This document shows, piece after piece, positions 16,293 through 31,268 of a stretch of 64,000 nt of DNA; the first letter of the stretch is position 1; every line of letters begins with the position of its first letter. Where the stretch lies: contig OX597835.1 in the NCBI GenBank assembly GCA_951406725.2, positions 4,402,001 to 4,466,000 on the forward strand, in the 5' to 3' direction. The notes under the pieces are model-generated. The model was not told the origin of the DNA. It was given only the letters and a program-made list of their open reading frames with translations, and searched no databases. This DNA is from Octopus vulgaris (lineage: Eukaryota). The position numbers were made by a program, and so were the translations under genes.

Positions 16293-16703
16293 AATAGAAG
16301 CAGTATGTTTATTAAGACAACCTTTGCGTAATCAATAATCTATTTTTAACGAATAAATTAAAATAGTTTCGTAACGCGAGTAGCATGTGAAATGTATGAA
16401 TTAATTGCAAATAAAACGAAGCTGCACATCGAAAGAGAATTTGATGACGAGAGCGGCATTATTATTGCAGGAATTTAAACTCCAGAAAAATTTCAAACCA
16501 AGAATGATTTCAACACGTTTCATTCTATAAAAACATGTTTGACAATATTCTAGTGTTTTTGTGATATCTGTGTACGTCCATAAGAAATACTCTCTCAGGG
16601 TGAATACCGAAGTTAAGCAGAGCTTTCATGGTGTGTCTGCATTATAATGTACTGCTTTCTATTTCAAAATGCGTGTGTTATTCTTAAGCTGAATATGAAA
16701 TAA

Positions 16704-16980
16704 TCACGTGACTATGTGACCGACCAGGCCATCAGATGTTGCTACACATCGCTGGTCACAATGCGCTTCGCATTGTTTTAGCCTTCGAATGACGCCACTC
16801 CGCTGGCTAAGTGAGCAGGCCAACAGAAGAAAGAGTGCTGAAAGAGTACAGCAGGGATCACCACACCCTGCCGGAGCCTCATGGAGCTTTAGGTGTCTTT
16901 GCTCAATAAACACTCACAACGCCCGGTCTGGGAATCGAAACCGCGAGTCCGCTGCCCTAACCACTGGGCCATTGCGCCTC
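16704..16980 (-). mobile_element. SINE family B with alternative tail
   Basis: Same head as other B copies; the tail GACCAGCGATGTGTAGCAACATCTGATGG is shared with 24930-24996 and 35109-35228. Confidence 0.85.
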
Positions 16981-17711
16981 TACCGTAAAGAGAGATGAAA
17001 CACCGTTAAGCATTTCGCGAGGCCTGGTAATGTTTCTGCCAGCTCGCCGCCTACATGAAATAATAGACATGGCAAATCTCAGCACAACTGGTCAGATTTG
17101 TAGTGGAGGTAGGAAGGGACAGTAAACTTTAGGACAAACGAAAATTAAATTGGGATTATCATAATTGGTGATATTTTTCAGAGGTCAAATCAGAAATATG
17201 GGATTTTCATTTGCCCTGCGAAAAACTAAGCGGTTTGTTTACAGATGAAGTTGCGGCCTTGATAAAAGATTCGAAACGCCATCAACTAGATTTTAAAACA
17301 GCAATTCCTAAGATTGAGTTTTGCGATTAAAATGATCACACAAACATGTGACTCCAACAAAACTTTTGAAGAAATTTCGACGAGCAATGAAATGGTTTAT
17401 TGGACCATTGTGATAACGTTACACTGAATTGACAGAGAGCGCATGCTCAAGAGTATGAGTTGAAAGATGAAGGAAAACACCAGCGAATGGGATTATAAAC
17501 AAATAATATTACTAAACGCAATAATGTCAATGGCGATTTTTGAAAATTCTGGTCAGCAGTGGTTACAGAACCATGCAAATGATCTCAAAGTTGTGGCAAA
17601 TCTTGCAGGTAAGACAAAACAAAAATAAGCTTACATCGTTTAACTGTGGCAAAAGTTGGTTCATATAGGGTACATCTCAAAAAAGCAAGTTATAGGGCTT
17701 GAAATAAGTCA

Positions 17712-17756
<45 letters not shown>

Positions 17757-17764
<8 letters not shown>

Positions 17765-18580
17765 ATATTTCGGAATGGTCATATTGCCAGTTTAGCCAAT
17801 AAAAACACACGCACTATATATTTGGTGTTATTTTGCTTCAGTGATATTTATTTTTTACATTAATCTTAATCTTATTTCGGCCAAAGTTCTTTCGTCACAC
17901 TCCTGTGACCGCATCAGTGGTCCTTTGTTTTCTTCTCACTTACTTGTGTCTCTCCTTACTAACCGTCAGCCATTTTGTATTTCTATTGTATGTCTTCATT
18001 TGCGCATGCTTATATCTCTATGTGCGTCTATGTTTATTTAGTGTGTGTGGGGGGATGCCTGTAATATTTGTATCTTCTGGTTATATACATTCTTGTAATT
18101 TGTATTTTGTTTTTGTTGTTGTTGCTTTTGTTCTAATTTTGTTCATGTGTTTACATCCACCCATTATTATCATTACATATGCTTGTATGTATGTATAACA
18201 ACAATATTAGTAATAATAATAATAAATCTAATCGAAAAAGAATGTATATAACCAGAAGATACAAATATTACAGGCATCCCCCCCCCACACACACACTAAA
18301 TAAACATAGACGCACATAGAGATATAAGCATGCGCAAATGAAGACATACAATAGAAATACAAAATGGCTGACGGTTAGTAAGGAGAGACACAAGTAAGTG
18401 AGAAGAAAACAAAGGACCACTGATGCGGTCACAGGAGTGTGACGAAAGAACTTTGGCCGAAATAAGATTAAGATTAATGTAAAAAATAAATATCACTGAA
18501 GCAAAATAACACCAAATATATAGTGCGTGTGTTTTTATTGGCTAAACTGGCAATATGACCATTCCGAAATATAACAATAT
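17757..18580. repeat. Long near-perfect inverted repeat (arms ~17757-18094 and 18238-18580, 143 bp spacer) beside (TA)n
   Basis: The arms are reverse complements, differing mainly at a (GT)n/G-run. The ORF track gives an identical 66 aa peptide on both strands. Confidence 0.97.
18414..18458 (+). ncRNA. Variant minimal hammerhead-like motif (mirrored on - strand at 17879-17923)
   Basis: GGACCA-CTGATGCG-GTCACA-GGAG-TGTGAC-GAAA-GAAC-TT-TGGCC. Stem II is a perfect 6 bp, but the core deviates (A9 to C plus an extra nucleotide). Confidence 0.5.
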
Positions 18581-18634
18581 CTGTTTCAACACACGACTTC
18601 ACATAAAAAATCTTGCACAACAAATATTTAAACG

Positions 18635-18666
<32 letters not shown>

Positions 18667-19624
18667 CACAAATTAGAAATGCTCTAAGTTTCATTATTGA
18701 CATCTCTACTGCATATATAATTATCATAATCAGTAGAGGCGTCCGTGCCACTTACATGTGTGTGTGTGTCCACTACCGTTCGGTAACCGGTGTTGGTTTA
18801 TTTACGTCCCTGTAAACTAGCGGTTCGGCAAAAAGGCGATAGAATAACTAGCAAGCTTTTACAAAAGTACTGGGCTCGATCCATTCAACTAAAACCCTTC
18901 AAGGCAGTGCTCCAGCATGGCTGCAAGTCCAATGATTGGAACAAGTAGACGATTAAAAGATAAAAGATAATTAGTATAATTAGTATATAACAGGTTAAGT
19001 ACTAACAATTTAGCCACAAATATTAGACATGTTCTTCCTAATCAGATTGATGGCCATTCTTGGCGTGTTGGTTCGTCGGGTTATAATTGAGTCCGTCACC
19101 GAAGCTACTAACGGCGATGACGAAGCTGTCATCATTTTCGTTTATCTTCAGTAAATGGCAAACCTTCAGACGCTGGTGTTAAATGGAGGACTTAGGGAAG
19201 ACGTCCATTGAAATTGTCGACAGAAGCTACTTGAAAGCATAATTTCAGCTGCGAAACTGTTATAAAACGCTATTTCATGACTCACAGAACAACTTATTAC
19301 TAATTTGGTAACAAAAAAAAAGAAAAAAAAAGATGAAGACAAAAAGAGCAACAGCAGCAGCAGCAACAGCAAGAACAAGAACAAGAGCAAAAGGCTTTGC
19401 TATCAGTTTCGTTTGTTTGTATTAAGTAGATAACTGTTGCTAAACAGATGTCCTTTCATCACATCTCAAGACGGCCGCCCTGAAATAATGTCCTTGTGTG
19501 TTGTGAAACATTCTTCTGTCTGGCTGCCTGGTTGGCTGGTTGGCTGGTTGGCTGGTTGGCTGGCTGGTTGGCTGTCATGCAAAAACAACTTCTACTTACA
19601 TAAGCACACGCACACACATACGCA

Positions 19625-20008
19625 CATGCATATTTACAAAGAGTTTCAACACACACACACACGCACATACGCACACACACACACATACACACACACATAC
19701 ACACACACGCAGATGCATGTTAACAAAGAGTTTCAACACACACACACACACACGCACACACACACGCACAATCACACACACACACACACACGCGCATGCA
19801 TATTTACAAAGAGTTTCAACACACACACACACACACGCACACACACACACATGCACACACGCACACACACACACACACATGCATATTTACAAAGTGTTTC
19901 AACACACACACGCATACGCACATGCATACATACACACACGCACCGCCACAAACACACACACACACACATACACACACACGCACATGCATATTTACAAAGA
20001 GTTTCAAC
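19625..20008. repeat. Compound minisatellite: 5 x 26 bp core separated by (CA)n-like spacers
   Basis: CATGCATATTTACAAAGAGTTTCAAC (0-3 mismatches) at 19625, 19712, 19795, 19878 and 19983. Confidence 0.92.
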
Positions 20009-20435
20009 ACACACACACACACACCGCCGCCACCACCACCACCACCACCACCACAGGCTGTACATGTGTGAAAATAAACGAACGTTAGATCACAATGCGC
20101 AGATATTAAACGTGTTTTCATGAGGTTGAAATATGGCGATGGAAGTTGCAAATCCCTCTGGGTCGTCTCTATGCATGCATGGGAGTGGAGGGAAACGGGT
20201 GCGTGCGTATTTTGTGTGTACGCGCGCGTGTGCAAGTATGTGAGAGTGTGAGCGTGTGTTTACGAGCTGTGTGCATGTGTGTGTGCGTGCGTACGTGTGT
20301 ATGTGTATGTGTGCGTGCACGCACCCGCGCTCATGTTTGCTTCTCTCCTTTAAACTGAGACAAGAATGATAATCTGCTTTCCGCTATAAAAAAGAAGTCT
20401 TGAGGTGTGAATGTGTGCGTTGTGAGGGCATGTAC

Positions 20436-20493
<58 letters not shown>

Positions 20494-20587
20494 GTGTGTG
20501 TGTATGTATGTGTTTGTGTATCTCTGTAAGTATGTGTATATAACTATATATGCATGCATGTATACATATATATATATATATATATAC

Positions 20588-20993
20588 TCTTTACTCTTTT
20601 ACTCTTTTACTTGTTTCAGTCATTTGACTGCGGCCATGCTGGAGCACCGCCTTTAATCGAGCAACTCGATCCCGGGACTTATTCTTTTGTAAGCCCAGTA
20701 CTTATTCTATCGGTCTCTTTTGCCGAACCGCTAAGTAACGGGGACATAAACACACCAGCATCGGTTGTCAAGCAATGCTAGGGGGACAAACACAGACACA
20801 CACACACTCATATATACATACATATATACGACGGGCTTCTTTCAGTTTCCGTCTACCAAATCCACTCACAAGGCATTGGTCGGCCCGGGGCTATAGCAGA
20901 AGACACTTGCCCACGATGCCACGCAGTGGGACTGAACCCGCAACCATGTGGTTGGTTAGCAAGCTACTTACCACACAGCCACTCCTGCGCCTA
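20588..20993 (-). mobile_element. SINE family C, full length (second diverged copy at ~21036-21390)
   Basis: Reverse-complement match to 12284-12696. Confidence 0.9.
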
Positions 20994-21405
20994 TGCATAT
21001 ATATATATATTTTTTCTTCTATTCTTTTATTGTTATCTTTTACTTGTTTCAGTCAGTTGGTTGCGGCCATGCTGGAGTACCGCCTTGAGAGGGTTTAGTC
21101 AAACGCATCGACTCCCCACCCCCACCCAGGACTTATCAGTTGTTTATTTTTAAAGCCTTATACTTATTCCAACGGTTTTTTCTTGTAGAACTGCTAAGTT
21201 ACGGGGACGTAAACACACCAATAGCGGTTGTCAAGCGGTGATTGGGAGACAAACATGGACACAAAAATGCGCACGCGCGCACACACACACATATATATAT
21301 ACGACGGGCTTGTTGCAGTTTCCGTCAACCAAATATCCACTTACGTGGCTTTGGTTGGCCCGTGGCTATACTAGAAGACACTTGCCCACACACACACACA
21401 CATAC

Positions 21406-21468
<63 letters not shown>

Positions 21469-21469
<1 letters not shown>

Positions 21470-21854
21470 TAGCAGTATCGCCCGGCGTTGCTCAGGTTTG
21501 TAAGGGAAATAACTATAAAGCATCTTTAGAGAGTTATAGCCAAAAAATAGCAAAAAAATGGAAAAAAAATGATGGTAAATTTTTTTTTGAGAGTAAAAAA
21601 AGGTTGAGTTGCGTCCCCTAGACAGTCTGTGGTTTGTTTTTTTTTATTCTCGACCCCATGTCGAATTTATCGATTTTTTCAGAACTGGGGGAACTTTTCA
21701 AAATTTTCGCTGCGTTAGTTTTGAATTATGACATTGGGCTATGCGTGTGTCAAGTTTCATCAGAATCGGTTGAAAGCCGTGGTCAGGGTGAGGGTACGAG
21801 AAAACAGACACACAGAAACACGCACAGACAAACTGCCGTTTATATATAGAGAGA
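21469..21854 (-). mobile_element. Non-autonomous Helitron
   Basis: The minus strand reads A|TCTCTCTATATATAAACGG...CCTGAGCAACGCCGGGCGATACTGCTAG|T. This gives a 5' TC, a subterminal GC hairpin, a 3' CTAG and insertion between A and T with no TSD. Confidence 0.85.
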
Positions 21855-21889
21855 TATATATATATACATACATACATACATATATTTAA

Positions 21890-22151
21890 AAATTCCAGTA
21901 ATCCAGAAAAATGGGAAGAATTCAACATAGTATATAGAGCACCAAAAATGTGACCGCGTGTGTATCGTTGGCGATTTTTTCCTCCGTCTTCCTTTCCTTG
22001 GATCTTTCCTTTTCGTATGTTTCTGACGAAGAGCTCCGCTCGAAACGTTTAATCCTCCTTCTTTCTTTTCTTTCCTGAGCGTCTAATAACACTATACTTG
22101 TTCCCCGTCCTCGTGTTGTTGTGTTTTCTCTTTGTGTTTTCATGTTTGGAT

Positions 22152-22156
<5 letters not shown>
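21890..22156 (+). mobile_element. Penelope-like terminal fragment ending in (TA)n; second copy at ~50117-50210
   Basis: The tail TTTCCTGAGCGTC.AATAA.ACTATACTTGTTCC.CGTCCTCG...TCATGTTTG abuts (TA)n at both sites. This copy carries a hammerhead-like core. Confidence 0.6.
22019..22055 (+). ncRNA. Minimal hammerhead-like motif in a Penelope-like tail
   Basis: GTTT-CTGACGA-A-GAGC-TCC-GCTC-GAAA-CGTT with a palindromic ACGT stem III. The 3' arm of stem I is degenerate. Confidence 0.55.
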
Positions 22157-22195
<39 letters not shown>

Positions 22196-22239
22196 CACAT
22201 ACATACATATATATATGTGTGTGTGTGTGTACATATATA

Positions 22240-22407
<168 letters not shown>

Positions 22408-22780
22408 CATATATATGTATGTATGTTTACACACACAAGTACACGTACACACTTACACACACACACACACGCATACACACACACACATATACACACGCAT
22501 ACATCTACATTTGTCGAAGTATAGCGTACTCGTTACCCGAATATATCAATGCATGCACACCAAACACATATGAGCCGTACACATACTTGCATATTTAGAT
22601 TTCTATATATTTATATATGTGAAGTCATAAATAATAAGGGTGAAATGGAAATTGAGAAATCTTAATGAAATTACATATTTATATAATTACGTATGCGAGT
22701 GAATGACGTGCTTCGGTTGAGAGGTTGTGTGTATGTATGAGAGAGCGACAGATACTGAAGCACATAAATATGTATGTATA

Positions 22781-22850
<70 letters not shown>

Positions 22851-22982
22851 ATGTTATATTATATTATATAATATTATATTATATTTATATAAATATATAT
22901 ATATATATGTATATATAAATATATATATATATATGTGTGTATATATATAATGTTATATTATATATATAATATTATATTATAT

Positions 22983-23162
<180 letters not shown>

Positions 23163-23576
23163 ATATATATGTATATATATGTATATATATGTTCCGCACC
23201 GCCACAGAATGTACCCAAGTGACATCTGATGTGCCAATAAACAAATTATGATATTTTAATTAAAACTTTAAGCATCGACGCAGTGGAACTTGTTACTTTT
23301 GTAATGCAGTGTGGAAATTAAGTTAGCGTTCTAATAAATGCACAGTAACTTGATCAAGCACAACTGGCGGGAGACGGAGACGGAGACGGAGGCAAGAGAC
23401 GTGCTTTTGGGGGAGGTTTGCATATCATCATCATTGTCATCATCATCATCATCATCACCGTCATCATCATCATCATCATTATCACCATCATCATCACCAT
23501 CACCATCATCATCACCATCATCATCATCATCACCATCACCATCATCATCAACATCACCATCATCATCATCATTACT

Positions 23577-23613
<37 letters not shown>

Positions 23614-24657
23614 ACAACATCATCATCATCACAATCGTCGTCATCGTTGTCGTCATCACTATCATCGCCTTTATTGCTTTACAAAAGCATAAGGCTTAGT
23701 CATTTGGAAGGGGTGGGGTGGGATTAGTCTGTTAAACCGACTCAAGTACTTGACGGGTCCTTTATCGATCTTTGTGGGACGAAAAGCAAAGTTTCCTTTG
23801 CGGGATTTAAAACTATGTACGTTAAAGAACCGTATCTAAATATTGCAAGGCATTTAATAATAATAATAATGATAATATCGATGGTGATAATGGTAATAGT
23901 GATAATGTAATAATATTAAAAATAATTGTAATGGTTTCTGATTGAGGTACAAGGCCTTCAGTTTTGAACCAATAATAACAATGGTTTCTTAATTTCCGCA
24001 AAGTTCATCGTATTTTAATTCATGATTAGAATGCAACTTATTGGGATATAGACATAAGGGGAGAGGTAGTTAATGCAACACGAAGAGCAAGCAGTGGCGG
24101 CCAGAAATTCAACGTAATTTAGCCCCCCCCACCGCATGCAGAGATCTGTCCTGACTGCAACCCTCAGATTGAATCCAAAATCTTACTTTCACACACGTAC
24201 TAACAGGGTGCGAATGACATAATCAAGGGACACATACAAAGTGAAGTGCCGTATCGATCATTGTATAAACAAGTGGTAAACAGTTCTAGACAAACAGGAT
24301 ATGATTAGAAAATCGACAAGTCAAGACAGACTGACAACTGCAAAACTACTACAAATAAACAGTGATAACGATAGGCATCAGTGTTTGATGGCGATGGCAT
24401 AATTTCCAGTGCATGATATCTCATTAACATAGTTCTGAAGCTGATTCAGCGTGACACAGAATGTGACAAGCCTGGTCCTTTGAAATGCAGCTTCTACTCA
24501 TTTTTGTCAGCTGAGTGGACTGGAGTAACGTGAAATAAAGTGTCTTGCTCAAGGATACAACGTGTTGCCGGAAATTGAACTCACAGTCTTACGATCGTGA
24601 GCCGACCTTATATGTGTGTATATATAAATGTATACAAATACATACACATATATACTT

Positions 24658-24742
<85 letters not shown>

Positions 24743-24744
24743 TA

Positions 24745-24996
24745 GTGGAGGCGCAATAGCCCAGTGGTTAGGGTAGCGGACTCGCGGTCGTAGGATCGCG
24801 GTTTCGATTCCCAGACCGGGCGTTGTGAGTGTTTATTGAGCGAAAACACCTAAAAGGTCCACGAGGCTCCGGCAGGGGGTGGTGATCCCTGCTGTACTCT
24901 TTCACCACTCTTTCTCTCACTCTTTCTTCTGTTGGCCTGCTCGCTTGACCAGCGATGTGTAGCAACATCTGATGGACTGGTCGATCATGTGATCAT
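24745..24996 (+). mobile_element. SINE family B with alternative tail
   Basis: Head GTGGAGGCGCAATAGCCCAGTGG; tail as in the 16704 copy with an internal deletion. Confidence 0.88.
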
Positions 24997-25394
24997 GTGA
25001 TATACATATATATGTATGTATATGTGTATATATGTATATACACAGATGTATATATCTATATATATATATATATATGTATAAACACAGATTATCTATCTAT
25101 ATGTATGTATATATCTATATGTATATGTGTATATATATGTACATACACAGAAGTATATATCTGTATGTATGTATACACATACGATAACTAAGTTCTATAA
25201 CTGTGACAACAACAGTATTAATACCTATTAACTTATTTGCTGCGTTTGACTGTTTTAATTATTAAAATAAACTACAAGATTCCTTCTTAACCGCTTCTTT
25301 CACTTCTGCTGGTTCCATCGCGTCAAATTCATTAATTTATTCTTAAGTATCTGAAATTCTATACTTAGCCTAATTCTCTCATCTCCCAAACTCA

Positions 25395-25935
<541 letters not shown>

Positions 25936-26477
25936 CCAGCAATCTTCTTGTAGATTAATGCAGTCGATGCATAACCAAAACGCGACTTCGCATGTTTGGG
26001 TTAACATTCAGTGTTTTGTTTTTTGTTTGCTTTTGTTTTCTAATTCATTCTTTTTTTTCTTTTTCATTCGGAGGATTCTACTTTATACGTGTGTAATGCA
26101 CAGTAATAATCCTAATTCGTAGCTAATTTTCAGACGTCACCTCTCTCCATCTCTCTCCCTCTCCCCCCTCCTCTCTCTCTCTGGTATTTGTCTCTTGAGG
26201 ATCAGGTTTATGGTTGTGCATTCATCTGGGCTTTCTTTATAGCATTTATTAACCAAATCACCTATTAGATATGCCGCTTGTCAGATGCGTACATGCATAC
26301 ATACATACATACATACATGCATACATACATACGTACATACATACATGCATACATACATACATATATGCATATATGCATATATGTATGTGTGTGTACGTGT
26401 GTGTATTTATCTTTATGTACAATGGGCCCGTGCGTTAAGAAACAGAGAGAGAGAGAAAGAAAGAAAGAGAGAGAGAG

Positions 26478-26538
<61 letters not shown>

Positions 26539-26562
26539 AAAAAGAAAGAGAGAAAAAAACAA

Positions 26563-26602
<40 letters not shown>

Positions 26603-27299
26603 GAGAGAGAGAGAGTACTTTCGTAATGCATCAAATTATTCGGAAATGTATATAAAATATGTTTCACAATTTTTTGGTTAATTAAGATCTAAAAGGAATT
26701 GTGCATTTTCTTTTTGCATTTCTTGTGAGAGACATATTTAATTTTCTCTCTCTCCCTCTCTGTCACACACACACTCACACACACACACATACGCACACGC
26801 AAACGCATTCTCCCTCTCTCACACACACAAACACACACACATACTTTCCCTCTCTCTCTTCCTCTCTGTCTCTCTCTCTCTCTCTCACACACACACACTC
26901 ATATACATACACATATTAATCTTCACGTTACAAAGGCAATGCTTTCCTGAAAACCTTGCCGTAAGTGAAGTCTGGTAACTTGAAACTAATTCTCTCATTG
27001 ACGTTCATTTTGCAAAGTGAGATGCGTTTTCCGACCATTCAACACGACCACGAAAACAATCTCTAAATATACAATATGTATATAGAAAAAACATTGGAAG
27101 AGAAATACGTTGGGGAATAAATAAAGAATCGCATTATCGTAGTAGGAGGTGTTTTTAGCACAAAGGATGTTAACTACTGTGTGAGGAGCAGGAAGGGTAA
27201 AGCTGGAGAAATGAGAGTTTCTAGGAGGATGAGGCAGGCTCTTTTCTATCATACTCCATCATCATCATCTACTTGACAAGTGAAGAACTTAACCAAAAT

Positions 27300-28150
27300 T
27301 GTAAAATTTTTATGATGCATTATCTCTTTGTACAACTCAGTGTAGGAACTGAGTTCATTGTAAACTCTTCTTGTAATTGTTATGTTACGTTCGCCATAGT
27401 ATTGTTATCAGCAAAACCCGCAGACTTTCCTCTCTAAGAGTGCCAGTCTTTTAGCAATGTTCTTTGTATTTAACTGGAGTTGCTGGAATTTCCTCATTCT
27501 CATCTGTATTCTCAGTTTCCTCAGTATCATCTCTTCGTTAGATAAACTTTCTCTACGGGACTTAAGGAAATCAACTACAACTTCTACGAGTTCTTCAAAT
27601 CCTGCATCCTTTGTAAGTGTCGCAATATCTCTCCAAATGTCAAGTGCATTTTCTGCTTGCGGAAAACTTATATTCCTAAGCACCGTTCAAAATGAAGGGT
27701 TTCGCTTCCTTCCATTACTCAAATATGTTAACCATTATGTTGAACTTTTTCCAGAAGTCTCTAACTGTAGCTTTACTTCCCCTGTTAACTGCTTTGTGAG
27801 TTGTTTGAAAGTTCTCAGATAATATCCTTTTCTACTATGGGCACAAGGCCTGAAATTTCGCGGGAGGAGGAAAGTCGATCACATCGACCCAGTACTTGAC
27901 TGGTACGTGATTTATTGACCCTGAAAGGATGAAAAGCAAAGTCGACCTCGGCGGAATTTCAACTCAGAACGTAAAGACGGACGAAACACCGCTAAGCATC
28001 TTACGCAGCGTGCCAACGATACTGCCAGCTCGCCGCCTAAGTTCTCAGATAATATGCCATGTAGTTGGTTATCTGACTTTGGTCCATTGGTTGGAGCAAT
28101 GAAGTCGTATTCTTCCAAGATCAGCGCTAATTGATTTTTTGCTAGTCGAA
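27300..28150 (-). mobile_element. Tigger/pogo DDE transposase fragment, interrupted by a SINE
   Basis: Minus-strand translation gives NTTSLLQPMDQSQITNYMAYYLRTF (pogo DDE_1 motif), DFWKKFNI..WKE..LNGA and LTKDAGFEEL..ESLSNEEM. Confidence 0.8.
27826..28038 (-). mobile_element. SINE family A with 17 bp TSD
   Basis: Flanked by AAGTTCTCAGATAATAT at 27809-27825 and 28039-28055. Confidence 0.92.
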
Positions 28151-28208
28151 TTTCTTACGGTATTGCAGATCTTGTGCTTATACAACAACAACAACAACAA
28201 CAACAACA

Positions 28209-28269
<61 letters not shown>

Positions 28270-29124
28270 AAATGATTACGACGGTTGCAATAACGACGAT
28301 GACAATGAAAATGAAGACAACGCTCTCTCTCTGACGGTCGCTCATTTTCTGGTAAGAATTTCAATTAACACACTGTTAGCTTCCTTCCTGACACAACAAC
28401 AGCAGCAGCAACAATAGCAGCAGAAGCAGCAGCAGCAGCAACGACAACAACGACGACGACGACAACACACTTAAACATCTTAATGGTAATTAAAAATAAG
28501 AGACCAATATATAATTCAAAACTTAAGCAACAATCTATAAAAGTATTGTGTTTCGAATGTGTCAATGAGACTTAATGAGAGCGAAACAAGGCTTTGACAT
28601 CGATGCAACATTTCATTGATGACGTTACAAATACAATTTTATTGAATCTCTGTTTTAAATTTGGCACATTTGGGTTCCATATTCTTAATGTTCTTTCTGT
28701 TGTTGCCATCGTTTCTTGGCCAAACATTTTGGTGTGTGTGAATTTTTCAAAATATTTCAGTTTCATTTTGAAAAGAATTTAAATTTTTAATTAAATTTTT
28801 TTTTTTTTTTTTTTTACATTTTGTCAACATGTTTACAAATGACAATTAAAGCTCAGGAAAGAACATCTTTTTTATAATAATTATTTGCCACAAACTACTA
28901 CTACCACCACCACCACTACCACCACTACCAGAACCACCAGCACCACCACCACCACACCACCAAAGCCACCACCACCACCACAACCACTACCACCACCACC
29001 AAAACAACAGCAACAACAACAACACAGCCGCCACCGGCGACGCCGCAGCCATTTCTTCTTCTTCTTCTTCTTCTTCTTCTTCTTCTTCTTCTTCTTCTTC
29101 TTCTTCTTCTTCTTCTTCTTCTTC

Positions 29125-29559
29125 TTGAGTGAGAGAGCAGTGCATGTCATCAAAGTGAATACCCATCATGACTACCCGTCTGATAAGGGTACACCAGGCA
29201 CATGCATCACAACCATATGTGCGCGACATGGTGATCTCATATCAAGATAAACAGCGCATGACCTTGCAGGTGGGGCCCAGTTAGAATTTTCTTCAGGTCG
29301 AGTAACCCATACCGCTCAAAAGGTCCCTGAATAAGGGTTGTTTAAGGATGTTGAACGAAACATCCTTGTTTCCAGAGGTGAATTATCCAAACCCCAAAGA
29401 ATTCCTCTCAACACATGGCTATGATGCTCCCCCACTCCTTCTGCTCATGATCAGAGATGCACACATCGTCAGCCACTAAGGGACATGCTCAACTGGTTAA
29501 GGTCAAATAACTGACAAGCAAATATGTGGTATTGAGCAGAATATTGGCTGTAGCCCATC

Positions 29560-29561
<2 letters not shown>
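29125..29561. mobile_element. Unclassified ~440 bp complex insert between (TTC)n and (TTA)n tracts
   Basis: Sharp boundaries with trinucleotide arrays, no long ORF and no tRNA head. It is single-copy in this window, so the mobile-element call is inference. Confidence 0.4.
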
Positions 29562-30295
<734 letters not shown>

Positions 30296-30544
30296 TAATG
30301 GTTCTCGTTTCTTCGTTTGTTTGCTTCTATTTGAATCACAAGACAACTCTCACGTGCGCATTCATACACAAACACTTGAAGCATACACAGACTCCCTCCA
30401 CCACCACCACCCCCCACACACACATACACACGTACAACGCATACGCATTAAACAATAAGTGAAGACATTTAGAAAATGTGAGGAGATTCCTTCACTTGAA
30501 GGCGATGGTGGTAAAGAATGATCCTAACACCTCACGTTGGTAAG

Positions 30545-31268
30545 AACTGATAAATTCTCGAAACACGCCTAATGCATAACTGGTACTTATTTTATGACCC
30601 TGAAAGGATGAGAGGCAAAGTCGACCTCGGCGGACTTGGAACTCAGAACGTGAAGACGAGCTAAATGCCTCTAAACATTTTCCCCTCATGCTTAAAATTC
30701 ATCCGCCTTACTCAACAACTAAATATTAATTTCAAATTTTGGCACAAGGCCAGCACTTTTGGAGAGGGGTTACGTCAATTACATCGACCCCAGTTTTCAG
30801 CTGGTACTCATTTTATCGACCCCAAAGGGATGTAAGGCAAAGTGGACCCTGATGGCATTTGAACTCAGAACGTGAAAACGGATTAAATGCCTCTAAGCAT
30901 TTTGCCCGGCGTGCTAACGATTTTGCCAGCTCGACGCCTTACTCAACAGCTAGTTTATAGACCCCCCGAAAGGATGAAAGGCAAAGTCGACCTTAGCGGA
31001 ATGTGAACTCAGAACGTAAAGACAGACGAAATACCTATTTCTTTACTGCCCACAAGGGGCTACACACAGAGGGGACAAACAAGGACAGACAAACAGATTA
31101 AGTCAATTATATCGACCCCAGTGCGTAACTGGTACTTATTTAATCGACCCCGAAAGGATGAAAGGCAAAGTTGACCTCGGCGGAATTTGAACTCAGAACG
31201 TAACGGCAGACGAAATACCGATTCGCATTTCGCCCGGCGTGCTAACGTTTCTGCCAGCTCGCCGCCTT
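30545..31268 (-). mobile_element. Cluster of ~4 tandem/nested SINE family A copies
   Basis: Repeated GAAAGGATGAAAGGCAAAGTCGACC..GAACTCAGAACGT blocks; three heads are followed by ACTCAACA. Confidence 0.85.

Noticed and set aside
17100-17700. Possible transposase remnant
   Set aside because: No recognisable motif could be read in any frame by eye.
17841-18496. Two identical 66 aa ORFs as a duplicated gene
   Set aside because: They are a by-product of the inverted repeat, start at GTG and have no protein features.
19625-20008. CRISPR array
   Set aside because: The context is eukaryotic, the spacers are (CA)n microsatellite and there are no cas genes.
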